Positions 28,089 to 37,013 of a stretch of 64,000 bases of DNA are shown here, piece after piece. This DNA is from Bacillota bacterium (lineage in GTDB: Bacteria > Bacillota > Sulfobacillia > UBA8153), in assembly GCA_040756655.1 (NCBI GenBank), contig JBFLYN010000005.1, positions 4,563 through 68,562 on the forward strand, given 5' to 3'. How positions within the stretch are numbered: position 1 is the first letter of the stretch; the number at the start of each line of letters is the position of its first letter. Under the pieces are notes generated by a model, which was not told the origin of the DNA, searched no databases, and was given only the letters and a program-made list of their open reading frames with translations. A program made the translations under genes and the position numbers.

Positions 28089-28724
28089 ATGCAACTCGTC
28101 TGGCTAGGCATAGCCGTTGTCCTTGCTTTTATAGCCTATGTACTCCTGTCCCGTGCCCGGCCGCGGCGGCGCCCCGGCCGCCTGCCGCTTCCCGACACGG
28201 AGGTTGCCGGTGAGCTGGACCCAGGTCTTAGGGCATCCCCCGGACCAGCTTTTCACGAGCTTCCGTATCGTCCGGCAGCCGAACCCTGGATTCCCCGCAC
28301 CTACGGCGAAAGCTATATCTATCTTTTGCCCCGCGATCCCCTTTGCTTGTTCTGCTTTTGGGAATTGGCTCCTGAGTTGGAGCACCACCACCGGCAAGAG
28401 GTGGGCCCGGACTACGACCGGGGTCTCCTGGTGATGAGGATCGAGTGTACAGACCGCGGCCGGGTGGTGCTGGAGACCGGAGTTGAGGGCCCTGACGGCA
28501 GCTGGTATTTCCATGGTGCTCGCCCACAACGGCCGTACCGGGCCGTGATCGGCCGCCGGCTGCCCGGTGGCCGCTTTGTGGAACTACTACGGTCGGCCAT
28601 TGTAGTCACCCCGCCGGCCGGCCCGTCATCCATCCTGGACCCAGCCTGGCTGCCGCAAGTCCTGGACTACGACGGCCCCAGCGGGATCAGTTCACCAGGT
28701 CTTTTGGGGGAGGTCCGCCCGTGA
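28089..28724 (+). CDS. DUF4912-like protein with an N-terminal TM helix; stop overlaps the GH57 start (GTGA)
   Basis: An ATG at 28089 with a GGAG RBS gives MQLVWLGIAVVLAFIAYVLL.... The family assignment is from memory of DUF4912 proteins commonly encoded upstream of GH57 branching enzymes. The track ORF starts earlier, at 28029. Confidence 0.4.
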   Translation: MQLVWLGIAVVLAFIAYVLLSRARPRRRPGRLPLPDTEVAGELDPGLRASPGPAFHELPYRPAAEPWIPRTYGESYIYLLPRDPLCLFCFWELAPELEHHHRQEVGPDYDRGLLVMRIECTDRGRVVLETGVEGPDGSWYFHGARPQRPYRAVIGRRLPGGRFVELLRSAIVVTPPAGPSSILDPAWLPQVLDYDGPSGISSPGLLGEVRP

Positions 28725-30322
28725 CTGAGGGTTATGTTTGCTTGATCCTGCACGCTCACCTACCCTTCATCCGCCACCCGGAGCACCCGTGGTTCCTCGA
28801 AGAAAGATGGTTGTTCGAGGCCATCAACGACTGCTATCTCCCACTCCTGGACGTGCTGGACGGCCTGGCGCGTGATGGTGTCAGGACCCGTCTTACCCTC
28901 TCTTTGACTCCCACCCTCATGGCCGGGCTCGATGATGAGCACCTCAGGGACCGGTTTGCGGCCCACCTTCGTGATTTGGTGGAGCTGGCCCGGAAGGAAG
29001 AGGACCGCACGCGCCATTCCGAGTATCACCACCTGGCCCAGTTCTACGCGCACCGGTTTTCCCGGCACCTGGCCAGCTACGAAGGCCGGGGCCGGGACCT
29101 GGTTTCTGCCTTCGCTCGTCACCAGGACGAAGGGCGCCTGGAGATCCTGGCCAGCGCCGCCACCCATGCCTACCTACCGCTGCTAGGCAGCGAGCAGGCG
29201 GCACGGGCACAAGTCATCACGGGTGTTGAGGCCTACCGGCGACGCCTGGGACGTTCTCCCCGGGGTTTCTGGCTGCCCGAGTGTGGCTACCGGCCGGGGT
29301 TGGATCACTTCCTGGCCGAAGCGGGAGTGGAATACGTGATCCTGGAAACCCACGGGGTTACCCATGCGGTACCGCGACCTCGCTACGGCTACCTGGCTCC
29401 CATCACCATGCCCGCGGGAGTCAAGGCTTTCGGGCGAGACCCCGAGTCCTCCAAGCAGGTATGGAGCGCCGACGAAGGCTATCCCGGCGATCCTTGGTAC
29501 CGGGACTACTACCGGGACATAGGTTTTGACCTTGACTATGACTACGTCCGCCCACACCTGGGACCGCCCGGTCAGCGCCTGTGCACCGGGTTCAAGTATC
29601 ACCGGATCACCCACCGCCGGTCCGAGCACAAAGAGCTGTACCAGCCCCACGCTGCCTGGGAACGCGCCGTGGTCCACGCGGGAAACTTTGTGTTCAACCG
29701 GGCCAAGCAGGTGGAATGGCACCGGGGCCACATGGACCGCCTGCCGTTCCTGGTCTGCCCCTACGATGCCGAGCTCTTTGGCCACTGGTGGTTTGAGGGC
29801 CCGTGGTGGCTCGACCAAGTAGTGCGCATGCTGCAAAACCACCCGGTGCTTGAGCCGGCCACTTGCGGCGACTACCTGGACCGGTACCCGAAAAACCAGA
29901 GGTGCCAGCCATCCTTGTCCAGCTGGGGATGCCGCGGCTATAGCGAAGTCTGGCTGGAGGGCAGCAACGACTGGCTGCACCGGCACCTGCACGTGGCGGC
30001 CCGGCGCATGGAGGAACTGGCCCGGCATTTTGAGCGCCCTTCCTACCTGGAACGCCGAGCCCTAAACCAGGCCGCCCGGGAGCTAATGCTTGCCCAGGCC
30101 AGCGACTGGGCCTTCATCCTCAAGACCGGCACCTTTCCGGGCTACGCCCGCCGACGTTTCAAGGGTCACATCGCCGGCTTTCTCGAGCTATACCATGGGC
30201 TCAAGCGAGGAACCCTGGATGAAGCCAGGGTGGTCACCCTGGAAAACCAGACTCCCCTCCTTCACCACGTGGACTACCAGGTCTTTCGACCGGGCGAGGC
30301 AGCCAGGGCCGCCGGGAGCTGA
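28721..30322 (+). CDS. GH57-family 1,4-alpha-glucan branching enzyme
   Basis: MTEGYVCLILHAHLPFIRHPEHPWFLEERWLFEAINDCYLPLL... and the FWLPECGY motif are typical of GH57 branching enzymes. Confidence 0.85.
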   Translation: MTEGYVCLILHAHLPFIRHPEHPWFLEERWLFEAINDCYLPLLDVLDGLARDGVRTRLTLSLTPTLMAGLDDEHLRDRFAAHLRDLVELARKEEDRTRHSEYHHLAQFYAHRFSRHLASYEGRGRDLVSAFARHQDEGRLEILASAATHAYLPLLGSEQAARAQVITGVEAYRRRLGRSPRGFWLPECGYRPGLDHFLAEAGVEYVILETHGVTHAVPRPRYGYLAPITMPAGVKAFGRDPESSKQVWSADEGYPGDPWYRDYYRDIGFDLDYDYVRPHLGPPGQRLCTGFKYHRITHRRSEHKELYQPHAAWERAVVHAGNFVFNRAKQVEWHRGHMDRLPFLVCPYDAELFGHWWFEGPWWLDQVVRMLQNHPVLEPATCGDYLDRYPKNQRCQPSLSSWGCRGYSEVWLEGSNDWLHRHLHVAARRMEELARHFERPSYLERRALNQAARELMLAQASDWAFILKTGTFPGYARRRFKGHIAGFLELYHGLKRGTLDEARVVTLENQTPLLHHVDYQVFRPGEAARAAGS

Positions 30323-30325
30323 AGG

Positions 30326-32671
30326 TCAAGATTGGAGAAGACACCTGACCCGCTCTGCCAGGCTGTCCGCAAGTTCGGCGGCAGTTTCCATGTTGGAGGC
30401 TTCTGCATAGATGCGATAGGCAGCTTTTTGGCCATCGGGGCGGGCCAGTACCCAACCGTCCGGCAACAGGACGCGGACCCCGTCCACTAGTTCCAGATGT
30501 TGCCGTTGATAGCCAGCGATGAGCTCGCGCATGACTTTGCCTGTTTGCTCCCAAGGGCAGGGTATTTCAACTTCCACCCGGTTGAACACGGGCAGCCGGG
30601 CCAGAGCCTGCGCCAGGGTCTGCCCGGTATGGGTCAGCCGGCTGATGACATAGGTCACCCTCAGGATTTCGTCGCTCCAAAACCGGCCCTGGTCTATGTG
30701 CTTTCGTCCCAGATCGATGGGGATTTCGCGGGCCCGGGCAGCAAAGCCGGGTCCTGCGGCGGGCAGCCGGACCACCTCACCTTGATACTGCCGGGCCAAT
30801 TCCTCCAAGACCCCGGGCGCGTGCACGGGTACGGCCAGGCGCGTTCCGCCCGAGGCGAAGAACAGGTGCGCGGTGAGCACCAGGAAGGTGCCGGCATCCA
30901 GGGCCGCCCCCCGGTGCCCCAATCGTACTTCCTCATCTTCCACCAGCAGTTCCAGGTCCTGGTCATCGCCATCATGAGTGCATTCCACCGCCAGGCGGTA
31001 GCAGAGCGAATCCAGGAGTTCCCGGGCCGGGCTGGGGGCCAACAGCCGCAACCGCCGGCCTTCTCCTGGAGAAGATTTGACGGCGCCGGTGACCCAGTCC
31101 AGGTAACGGTCGGTTACCCCCGCGACTGCCCGGGGAATGCCCACCCGGCCACCCCCGGCGGTCTCCGGTCGCTCCAGTGCCTGTTCCAGTCGCCGCAGCC
31201 TGGCTCCGACCAGTTCGCCCCCGTCCTGGTCCAGGAGGCGGATGACCATGCCGGTCCCGGCCGCCGCCACGTAGGCTCCGGCTGCCCGTTCGTGCTCGGT
31301 AACGGCGTAGCGGGCCAGCTGGGGCATGGTTACTCCCAGCTCTACTGTGTCCTGGCCGCACGCCCACACCCCGGCGGAAAGGGCCGCCGCCACGGCCCGG
31401 GCGGCCGGATCCTTGCTGTGACCCAGCACCACCACCCCGCCCAGTGACCCCAGGGCCGTGCCCAGCCGGCAGGCATCCTCCACCAGGAGCTCCCGGTTGA
31501 GCGTCCCTTCTACCCGCCCTGGGTGCAGGAGTGGTCCCAAACCCTGGCCGGGAGCAGCCAGGTGCCGGCTCAGGGTCCGCCCGGCCGGTACGATCTGCCC
31601 GGGCCATACCTTCACCCCCGGGCCCACCCGCGCCCCGCGCTCCACCCGGCTGTTGTCGCCCACTACGGCCCGGGCGTAGACGGAGCTGTCGTCATGAAGG
31701 AAACTTCCCTCGCCCGCCACGGCTTCCAGCACTTCAGCCCCGGGGCCCACGGTAGTTCCCTCCCAGATGGTGGCCTGCTTGAGACGGGCTCCCGCCTCCA
31801 GCCGGGACCGGCGTCCCAGGCAGCTGTTGGCCCCCACTACTGCACCAGGCGCTACCAGGGCGCCCGCCCCGATGACGGCCGGGCTGTGCACCGTGCCGCC
31901 GATCTTCACGCCGGGTTCCACCCATACCCCAGGGGCTAGCTCCCGGCCCGGGATTTTCACCGCCACTCGCCCGTTGAGAGCGTCAACCTGCGCCCTCCGG
32001 TACTGGTCCAGGTCGCCGATATCGCACCAGTAGCCGTCCAACACAACCCCATGTAGCCGTTCACCCTGGGACAGAAGCCGTGGAAAAAGGTCGCGGGAGA
32101 AATCGTAGGGCCCGTCCGGGACTTGGTCCAAAACCTCTCCTGCCAGGAGATAGAGCCCGGTATTGACGGTGTCGCTGAACACTTCCCCCCAGGATGGCTT
32201 CTCCAGGAATTTCACCACCCGCCCGTCGGGGGCAGTAATGACCACCCCGTACTCCAGCGGCCGGGTCACCCGGGTCAGTCCCAGCGTCACCCGGCCCCGG
32301 CTCTCGCAGTGGGCAGCCAGGAAGGCGCTCAGGTCAAAGTCAGTGAGGCAGTCGCCACTGATGACCAAGACGGTACCGCGGTATCCCCGCACGGCATGCC
32401 GCACGCTGCCGGCAGTGCCCAGGGGAGTCTCCTCCCGGACATAATCCACCCGCAGTCCATATGACGACCCGTCCTTTACGTGGTCCATGATGACCCCAGG
32501 CAGATATTGCAGGGTAATGGTCACGTCGATGATGCCGTGAGCCTTTAGTAACTCCAGGATGTACTCGATTACCGGACGGTTGGCCACGGGCACCATGGGC
32601 TTGGGCCTCCGGCAAGTGAGCGGTCTTAGGCGGGTTCCCTCCCCACCCGCCATGATCACTGCCCTAACCAT
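30326..32671 (-). CDS. sugar-1-phosphate nucleotidyltransferase fused to a divergent phosphohexomutase (PGM/PMM)-like C-terminal domain
   Basis: The N-terminus MVRAVIMAGGEGTRLRPLTCRRPKPMVPVANRPVIEYIL is an NTP-transferase domain and is followed by left-handed beta-helix repeats. The C-terminal roughly 400 aa resemble the four-domain phosphohexomutase fold (...DGVRVLLPDGWVLARPDGQKAAYRIYAEA...). The expected TASHNP active-site loop reads GHSKDP and the RPSGTEP loop reads RPDGQKA. Confidence 0.7.
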   Translation of the reverse strand: MVRAVIMAGGEGTRLRPLTCRRPKPMVPVANRPVIEYILELLKAHGIIDVTITLQYLPGVIMDHVKDGSSYGLRVDYVREETPLGTAGSVRHAVRGYRGTVLVISGDCLTDFDLSAFLAAHCESRGRVTLGLTRVTRPLEYGVVITAPDGRVVKFLEKPSWGEVFSDTVNTGLYLLAGEVLDQVPDGPYDFSRDLFPRLLSQGERLHGVVLDGYWCDIGDLDQYRRAQVDALNGRVAVKIPGRELAPGVWVEPGVKIGGTVHSPAVIGAGALVAPGAVVGANSCLGRRSRLEAGARLKQATIWEGTTVGPGAEVLEAVAGEGSFLHDDSSVYARAVVGDNSRVERGARVGPGVKVWPGQIVPAGRTLSRHLAAPGQGLGPLLHPGRVEGTLNRELLVEDACRLGTALGSLGGVVVLGHSKDPAARAVAAALSAGVWACGQDTVELGVTMPQLARYAVTEHERAAGAYVAAAGTGMVIRLLDQDGGELVGARLRRLEQALERPETAGGGRVGIPRAVAGVTDRYLDWVTGAVKSSPGEGRRLRLLAPSPARELLDSLCYRLAVECTHDGDDQDLELLVEDEEVRLGHRGAALDAGTFLVLTAHLFFASGGTRLAVPVHAPGVLEELARQYQGEVVRLPAAGPGFAARAREIPIDLGRKHIDQGRFWSDEILRVTYVISRLTHTGQTLAQALARLPVFNRVEVEIPCPWEQTGKVMRELIAGYQRQHLELVDGVRVLLPDGWVLARPDGQKAAYRIYAEASNMETAAELADSLAERVRCLLQS

Positions 32672-33920
32672 GCGTCTCTCCCTGCCCGTACTGGCCGGCC
32701 AGCATCTGGCGTCCCAGGGCCCGGGCTCTCCTGATCATCTCCGATGACAGGTCCCGGCGCCAAGAACTGTCCCGGTGTGCGGCCACGGTGGCGGTGTACA
32801 CGCCGAAAGTGGCCGCCGCAATACCCGGCCAGGAGTAGTCGCGCACTGCCTTCTGGTAGGCGGCGGCGACCAGCCTCTGGCGAGTGGGCTCGTTGGTGAG
32901 CAAGCGGATGATGTGTTCAGCCAGGGCCCGGGCGTTGCCGGGCTCGGTCTTGATCCCGTTGACCTCGTGTTCGACGATTTCGGCAAGGCCCCCGGTGTCC
33001 GAGACCACCAGCGCCGCACCGGAAGCCATGGCTTCCAGGGCCACAATGCCGAAGGGTTCGTACAGGCTGGGGAACACGGCCACCGCCGCCAGCCGGTAGA
33101 GCTTGGCCAGGGTCTCATCGTCCACGTAGCCGGCAAATGTAACCCGGTCGCCCACCCCCGCTCCGGCGGCCCGGTGCTGCAGTTCGGAGGCGGCCGGGCC
33201 TGATCCCACCACTATGAAGCGAGCTTCCGGACAGGCTTCCAGCACCCGGGGTGCGGCGTCCAGGAGCACGGACACCCCTTTTTCCGGCACCAGCCTCCCC
33301 ACGAACAGGACGTTCGGGCTCCGGCCGGGGGCCAGGGGGTCGGCGGCCAGCTGGCCTGGGTCGATGCCGTTGGGTATGACCGCCAGCTTCTCCGGAGGCA
33401 AACCGAACACCGACATCAAGTCGGACTTCATGTACTGGGAGCAGCAGATGACCTTCCATGCCTCGTAGGTAAGATACCATTCCACGCCGCTGATGTATCG
33501 CTGGTCCGGATTGTGGAGTCCCTGGTGGCGGCCGTGTTCCGTGGCGTGAATGGTGGCAATAAGCGGGGTCCGGTAAAGGTGTTTGAGCGCCCGGGCCGCC
33601 AGTGCCACCAGCCAGTCGTGGGCATGGATCAGGTCGAAGGGCCCCTCGCCCTCCATGATGGAGACCCCCTGCTCCAGCATGGCCACGTTCAGCTGTAGGA
33701 CCCAGGGCAGAAAACCTGGGGTGGTAACCGGATAGGGCTGGACCCGGTGGATGGTGACACGTGCCTGGGTTTCCCTGGGCACGCTGCCCTCTTGCCCGCA
33801 GGTTAGCACGTGGACTTCCACCCCGCGCCCGGACAGGGCCCCGGCCAGGTGGTATACGTGCCTGGCCAGCCCGCCCACGACCCGGGGCGGGTACTCCCAT
33901 GTCAACATCAGCACCCGCAT
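32664..33920 (-). CDS. GT4-family glycosyltransferase, probable alpha-1,4-glucan synthase (GlgA-like)
   Basis: An ATG at 33920 with a GGAGG RBS gives MRVLMLTWEYPPRVVGGLARHVYHLAGAL. The EX7E region (FPSLYEPFGIVALEAMASGAALVVSDTGGLAEIV) is present. The upstream part of the ORF in the track is not coding. Confidence 0.8.
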   Translation of the reverse strand: MRVLMLTWEYPPRVVGGLARHVYHLAGALSGRGVEVHVLTCGQEGSVPRETQARVTIHRVQPYPVTTPGFLPWVLQLNVAMLEQGVSIMEGEGPFDLIHAHDWLVALAARALKHLYRTPLIATIHATEHGRHQGLHNPDQRYISGVEWYLTYEAWKVICCSQYMKSDLMSVFGLPPEKLAVIPNGIDPGQLAADPLAPGRSPNVLFVGRLVPEKGVSVLLDAAPRVLEACPEARFIVVGSGPAASELQHRAAGAGVGDRVTFAGYVDDETLAKLYRLAAVAVFPSLYEPFGIVALEAMASGAALVVSDTGGLAEIVEHEVNGIKTEPGNARALAEHIIRLLTNEPTRQRLVAAAYQKAVRDYSWPGIAAATFGVYTATVAAHRDSSWRRDLSSEMIRRARALGRQMLAGQYGQGETHG

Positions 33921-33924
33921 GTAA

Positions 33925-35886
33925 CTACCTCCTCTGTTCTGGATCAGGAAGCGGCGGTGCACCGCCCAGCACGTCTTCGTGGTAAGCTCGGAGCACTTCG
34001 CCCACGCTCCAAGCCTGGGCGATGCAACCGCCCGGACGGTGCGGGGCACTGCCGTCAAATACCTCAGAAACTGAGCCCAACCCGGCGTCGCCGGTATGGT
34101 CCAGGAGCGGTTCCAGGAGCAACGCCGCATACCGGCGCGAGGAATCGGGGTTGGTGCGGGTAAGCGCCGTCAGAAACGGGCCCAAAAGCCAAGGCCACAC
34201 CGTGCCCTGGTGATATGCCCGGTCTCGTTCTCGGGGACTTCCCCGGTAGGCCGGGTGATAGTCCGGGTGGTCCGGTGACAGCGTCCTGAGCCCGTATGGG
34301 GTCAGCAGCGACTGCCCGCACACCTCCACGACCCGAGCGGCGGCTTCACCCTCTAACACCGGGTAGGGCAAGGAGACGGCCAGCAGCTGGTTGGGGCGCA
34401 GCCGGTCGTCGGGGCAGACCCCCGCTACGTCCCGCAGAAACCCCAGCTGCTGGTTCCAAAACTGCTGTTGGAAGCTGTTTTTGACCAGCCCGGCCAGTTG
34501 CCCGTAGACTGCAGACTCGTCGCTGCCACCGTCCCGGGCCAGAAACTCCAGGGTGCGCAGGGCATTGTACCACAGGGCGTTGATCTCCACCGGCTTGCCC
34601 GTGCGCGGGGTGAACACCTCGTGCCCGTGCTTGGCGTCCATCCAGGTCAGTTGCAGGCCCTCTCCGTCATGGTCCAGGAGGCCGTCGGCACCGGCGTGGA
34701 TACCGTAGGCCGTCCCCCGCCGGTACCAGCCCACAATGTCCACCAGGGCCGGGTAGAGCTGGCGGCGCACAAACCCCATGTCCCCGCCATATTGCAGGTA
34801 CTTGTAGACGGCGTAGAACAACCACAGGCTGGCGTCAATGGTGTTATACTCGGGGCGCGCGCCTTGGTCGGGAAAGCGGTTGGGAACCAGCCCCCGGTGC
34901 CGGGCCCCGGCGAAGGTCGCCATGATGCTGGCCGCCGCCTCCAGGCGCCCACTCAGCAGGCAGACCCCGGGCAGGGCTATGAACGCGTCTCTCCCCCAGT
35001 CGGAAAACCAGTGGTAGCCGGCGATGAGAGTCTTTTGCCCGGTGGCCCGGCGGTCCACCACGAAGGCACCCGCCGAACGATGTAGCCAGCGCACGCGCGC
35101 ATCGCGGTGCCCGGGCACTTGCTCACTGGCAGCCCGGGCGTGCTGGGCGACCGGGTCCAGGTCCGGTGCGGCCCGGGTGGAGGCCCAAAAGTACGCGGGT
35201 CGTCCCTCTGCCAGCTCCAGCCGGAAGACGCCGGGCTGGTAATGGTCCTCGCTGTGGTCCAGCCCGCGCTGGTCCTCCACCGGGTACAGCATGGAGCGGT
35301 ACCAGTGGCCACCCGGGTGGTAGGACCCGTCGGATACGTGGAGGTGGATGGTCCTGGCACCATCAAAGGGTTGCAGCTCCACGGCCCGCTCGCCGGCAAC
35401 CTGCCAGAAGGGCCAGTCCCGCTCCTGGTTGAGGTGGTGATAGTGGCGGTAGTTGACCAGCGGCGCCAACTCCAGCACGGCCCGGTCCTGCGCGAGCAGC
35501 CGGTAGGCCAGGACCACGGTGTTTTCTCCCGGTACCATGAACAGCTCCTTTAGGACCAGGCCCCTGCCCAGGCTGTACGTCCACCGGGGATGCGGGTCCA
35601 GTTCGAACCGCACCAGCCACCGGTGCCCGCCCGGGTGAACAGTCCCCGGGTAGAAGCTGGCGCCCAGGTGGTACGTGTCCCGGCCCCAGCTTACGGTCTC
35701 GTCCACCCTGGACACCAGAAGGTGCCTTTCAGCCGGGGGGTTGAACGCGGCCATGAGCAACCCGTGGTAGCGCCTGGTGTTGATGCCCAGGACCGTTGAT
35801 GAGGCAAAGCCGCCCAGCCCGTTGGCTACGAGCCACTCCCGCCTGGTGCCGGCTTCCAGGGTCAGATCCAGGCCGGTCAGGCGCAT
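33925..35886 (-). CDS. amylo-alpha-1,6-glucosidase / glycogen debranching enzyme (GDE_N + GDE_C family)
   Basis: MRLTGLDLTLEAGTRREWLVANGLGGFASSTVLGINTRRYHGLLMAA is a typical GDE N-terminus, and the C-terminal domain is an (alpha/alpha)6 barrel. An ATG at 35886 follows a G-rich RBS; a GTG at 35901 is also possible. Confidence 0.8.
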   Translation of the reverse strand: MRLTGLDLTLEAGTRREWLVANGLGGFASSTVLGINTRRYHGLLMAAFNPPAERHLLVSRVDETVSWGRDTYHLGASFYPGTVHPGGHRWLVRFELDPHPRWTYSLGRGLVLKELFMVPGENTVVLAYRLLAQDRAVLELAPLVNYRHYHHLNQERDWPFWQVAGERAVELQPFDGARTIHLHVSDGSYHPGGHWYRSMLYPVEDQRGLDHSEDHYQPGVFRLELAEGRPAYFWASTRAAPDLDPVAQHARAASEQVPGHRDARVRWLHRSAGAFVVDRRATGQKTLIAGYHWFSDWGRDAFIALPGVCLLSGRLEAAASIMATFAGARHRGLVPNRFPDQGARPEYNTIDASLWLFYAVYKYLQYGGDMGFVRRQLYPALVDIVGWYRRGTAYGIHAGADGLLDHDGEGLQLTWMDAKHGHEVFTPRTGKPVEINALWYNALRTLEFLARDGGSDESAVYGQLAGLVKNSFQQQFWNQQLGFLRDVAGVCPDDRLRPNQLLAVSLPYPVLEGEAAARVVEVCGQSLLTPYGLRTLSPDHPDYHPAYRGSPRERDRAYHQGTVWPWLLGPFLTALTRTNPDSSRRYAALLLEPLLDHTGDAGLGSVSEVFDGSAPHRPGGCIAQAWSVGEVLRAYHEDVLGGAPPLPDPEQRR

Positions 35887-36028
35887 GCCCGTCCCCCCCA
35901 CGTCCAGCGTCTTTCCCTATGGTCAACCGCAGGTGGCGCAATTATACGGCACCGCACCTTCGGCACACTCCGGGCTTGGTGGTCATACGCTGGATAGACT
36001 GAGCGCATCAAAAGGAGGGCCCTTGCCG

Positions 36029-36994
36029 ATGCCGTCACTCTTTGCCACCGTGCCCTGCGAAGATGCAGGCTCCAAATACTGCCCGTGCCAGCTGGCGCTG
36101 ACCGGGAACTGCCTGGCGTGCCCGGTGCTCAACCAGGGCGGAGCGTGCGATGACTGCGCGTGGAGTGGCACGTGCGTGCTGGTGGAGGCAGCCTGGAACC
36201 GGGGGGAAGCTCGCCCCGGGCGCTCGGAGTACGAGGTGACGGTGGTGGACCGGGTACAGCTGGCTCCCCCGGCCTTCGCCCTGGAAATCAAGGTACCGCC
36301 CGGGCTCGTGGACGGGCTCCAGCCCTCAGGTAGCTTTTTGATGGTCCGCCCGGCCGGGTCGGAACACTGGTTTAACGTGCCTCTTTCCGTAGCGCGGCTC
36401 GATCCGGCCCGTGGCACAGTCACTCATTTTGTGCAAGTGGCGGGTCCCAAGACCCGCACACTGGAACAACACCGGGGCCAGCTGGTGGTGCAGGGGCCCT
36501 TTGCCAGCGGGCTGGTAGGACGGAGGTATCTCCAGGCCCGGCAGGCAGGCCGGAGCCTGCTGGTGGCCAAAGGCATCGGGCAGGGACCCGCCCTGCACCT
36601 GGCCACCAACCTGTTGGCGGCCGGCGGCCGGGTGGACGCCCTGCTGGGACCCGGGGAGCTGGGCCGGGTGGTAATCGACGGGGAATTGGCGGCCCTGGGT
36701 GCCTCGGTGACAGTGCTCAAGCGCGAAAGAGACAAGAACGGGGGCACCTTTCGCCTGTTCTTGTCCCGGGGCAAGTATGACCTCTTGGTCAGTGCCGGGT
36801 CCGACCAGCAGCACCAGGCGCTGTGGAAATTGGCGACCAAGGTAAGCCCCGGGACCCAGATGGTATACACCAACAACGCCGTGATGTGCTGCGGGGAAGG
36901 CATCTGCGGCAGCTGCGGCACCCAGCTGGATGCAGGCTTTACCCGGGCCTGCAAGGCCAGGCTGGCGGCCGCCGATGTGCTGGCACGCAACTGA
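36029..36994 (+). CDS. PyrK-like FAD/NAD(P)-binding oxidoreductase with a Cys-rich N-terminal extension and a C-terminal [2Fe-2S]-type motif
   Basis: The ATG at 36029 has an AAAGGAGGG RBS. The N-terminus is Cys-rich (CPCQLALTGNCLACPVLNQGGACDDCAWSGTC). A ferredoxin-reductase-like core follows, and the C-terminus carries CCGEGICGSCG, as in DHODB electron-transfer subunits. Confidence 0.6.
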   Translation: MPSLFATVPCEDAGSKYCPCQLALTGNCLACPVLNQGGACDDCAWSGTCVLVEAAWNRGEARPGRSEYEVTVVDRVQLAPPAFALEIKVPPGLVDGLQPSGSFLMVRPAGSEHWFNVPLSVARLDPARGTVTHFVQVAGPKTRTLEQHRGQLVVQGPFASGLVGRRYLQARQAGRSLLVAKGIGQGPALHLATNLLAAGGRVDALLGPGELGRVVIDGELAALGASVTVLKRERDKNGGTFRLFLSRGKYDLLVSAGSDQQHQALWKLATKVSPGTQMVYTNNAVMCCGEGICGSCGTQLDAGFTRACKARLAAADVLARN

Positions 36995-37013
36995 ACCTTC
37001 GGGGAGGTAAGAA

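Noticed and set aside
35902-35960. TATAAT/TTGACC hexamers between the GDE and PyrK-like genes, as a promoter
   Set aside because: The hexamers are in the wrong order for the minus strand. On the plus strand they give only a weak GTCAAC-N14-TTATAC arrangement. Too ambiguous to call.
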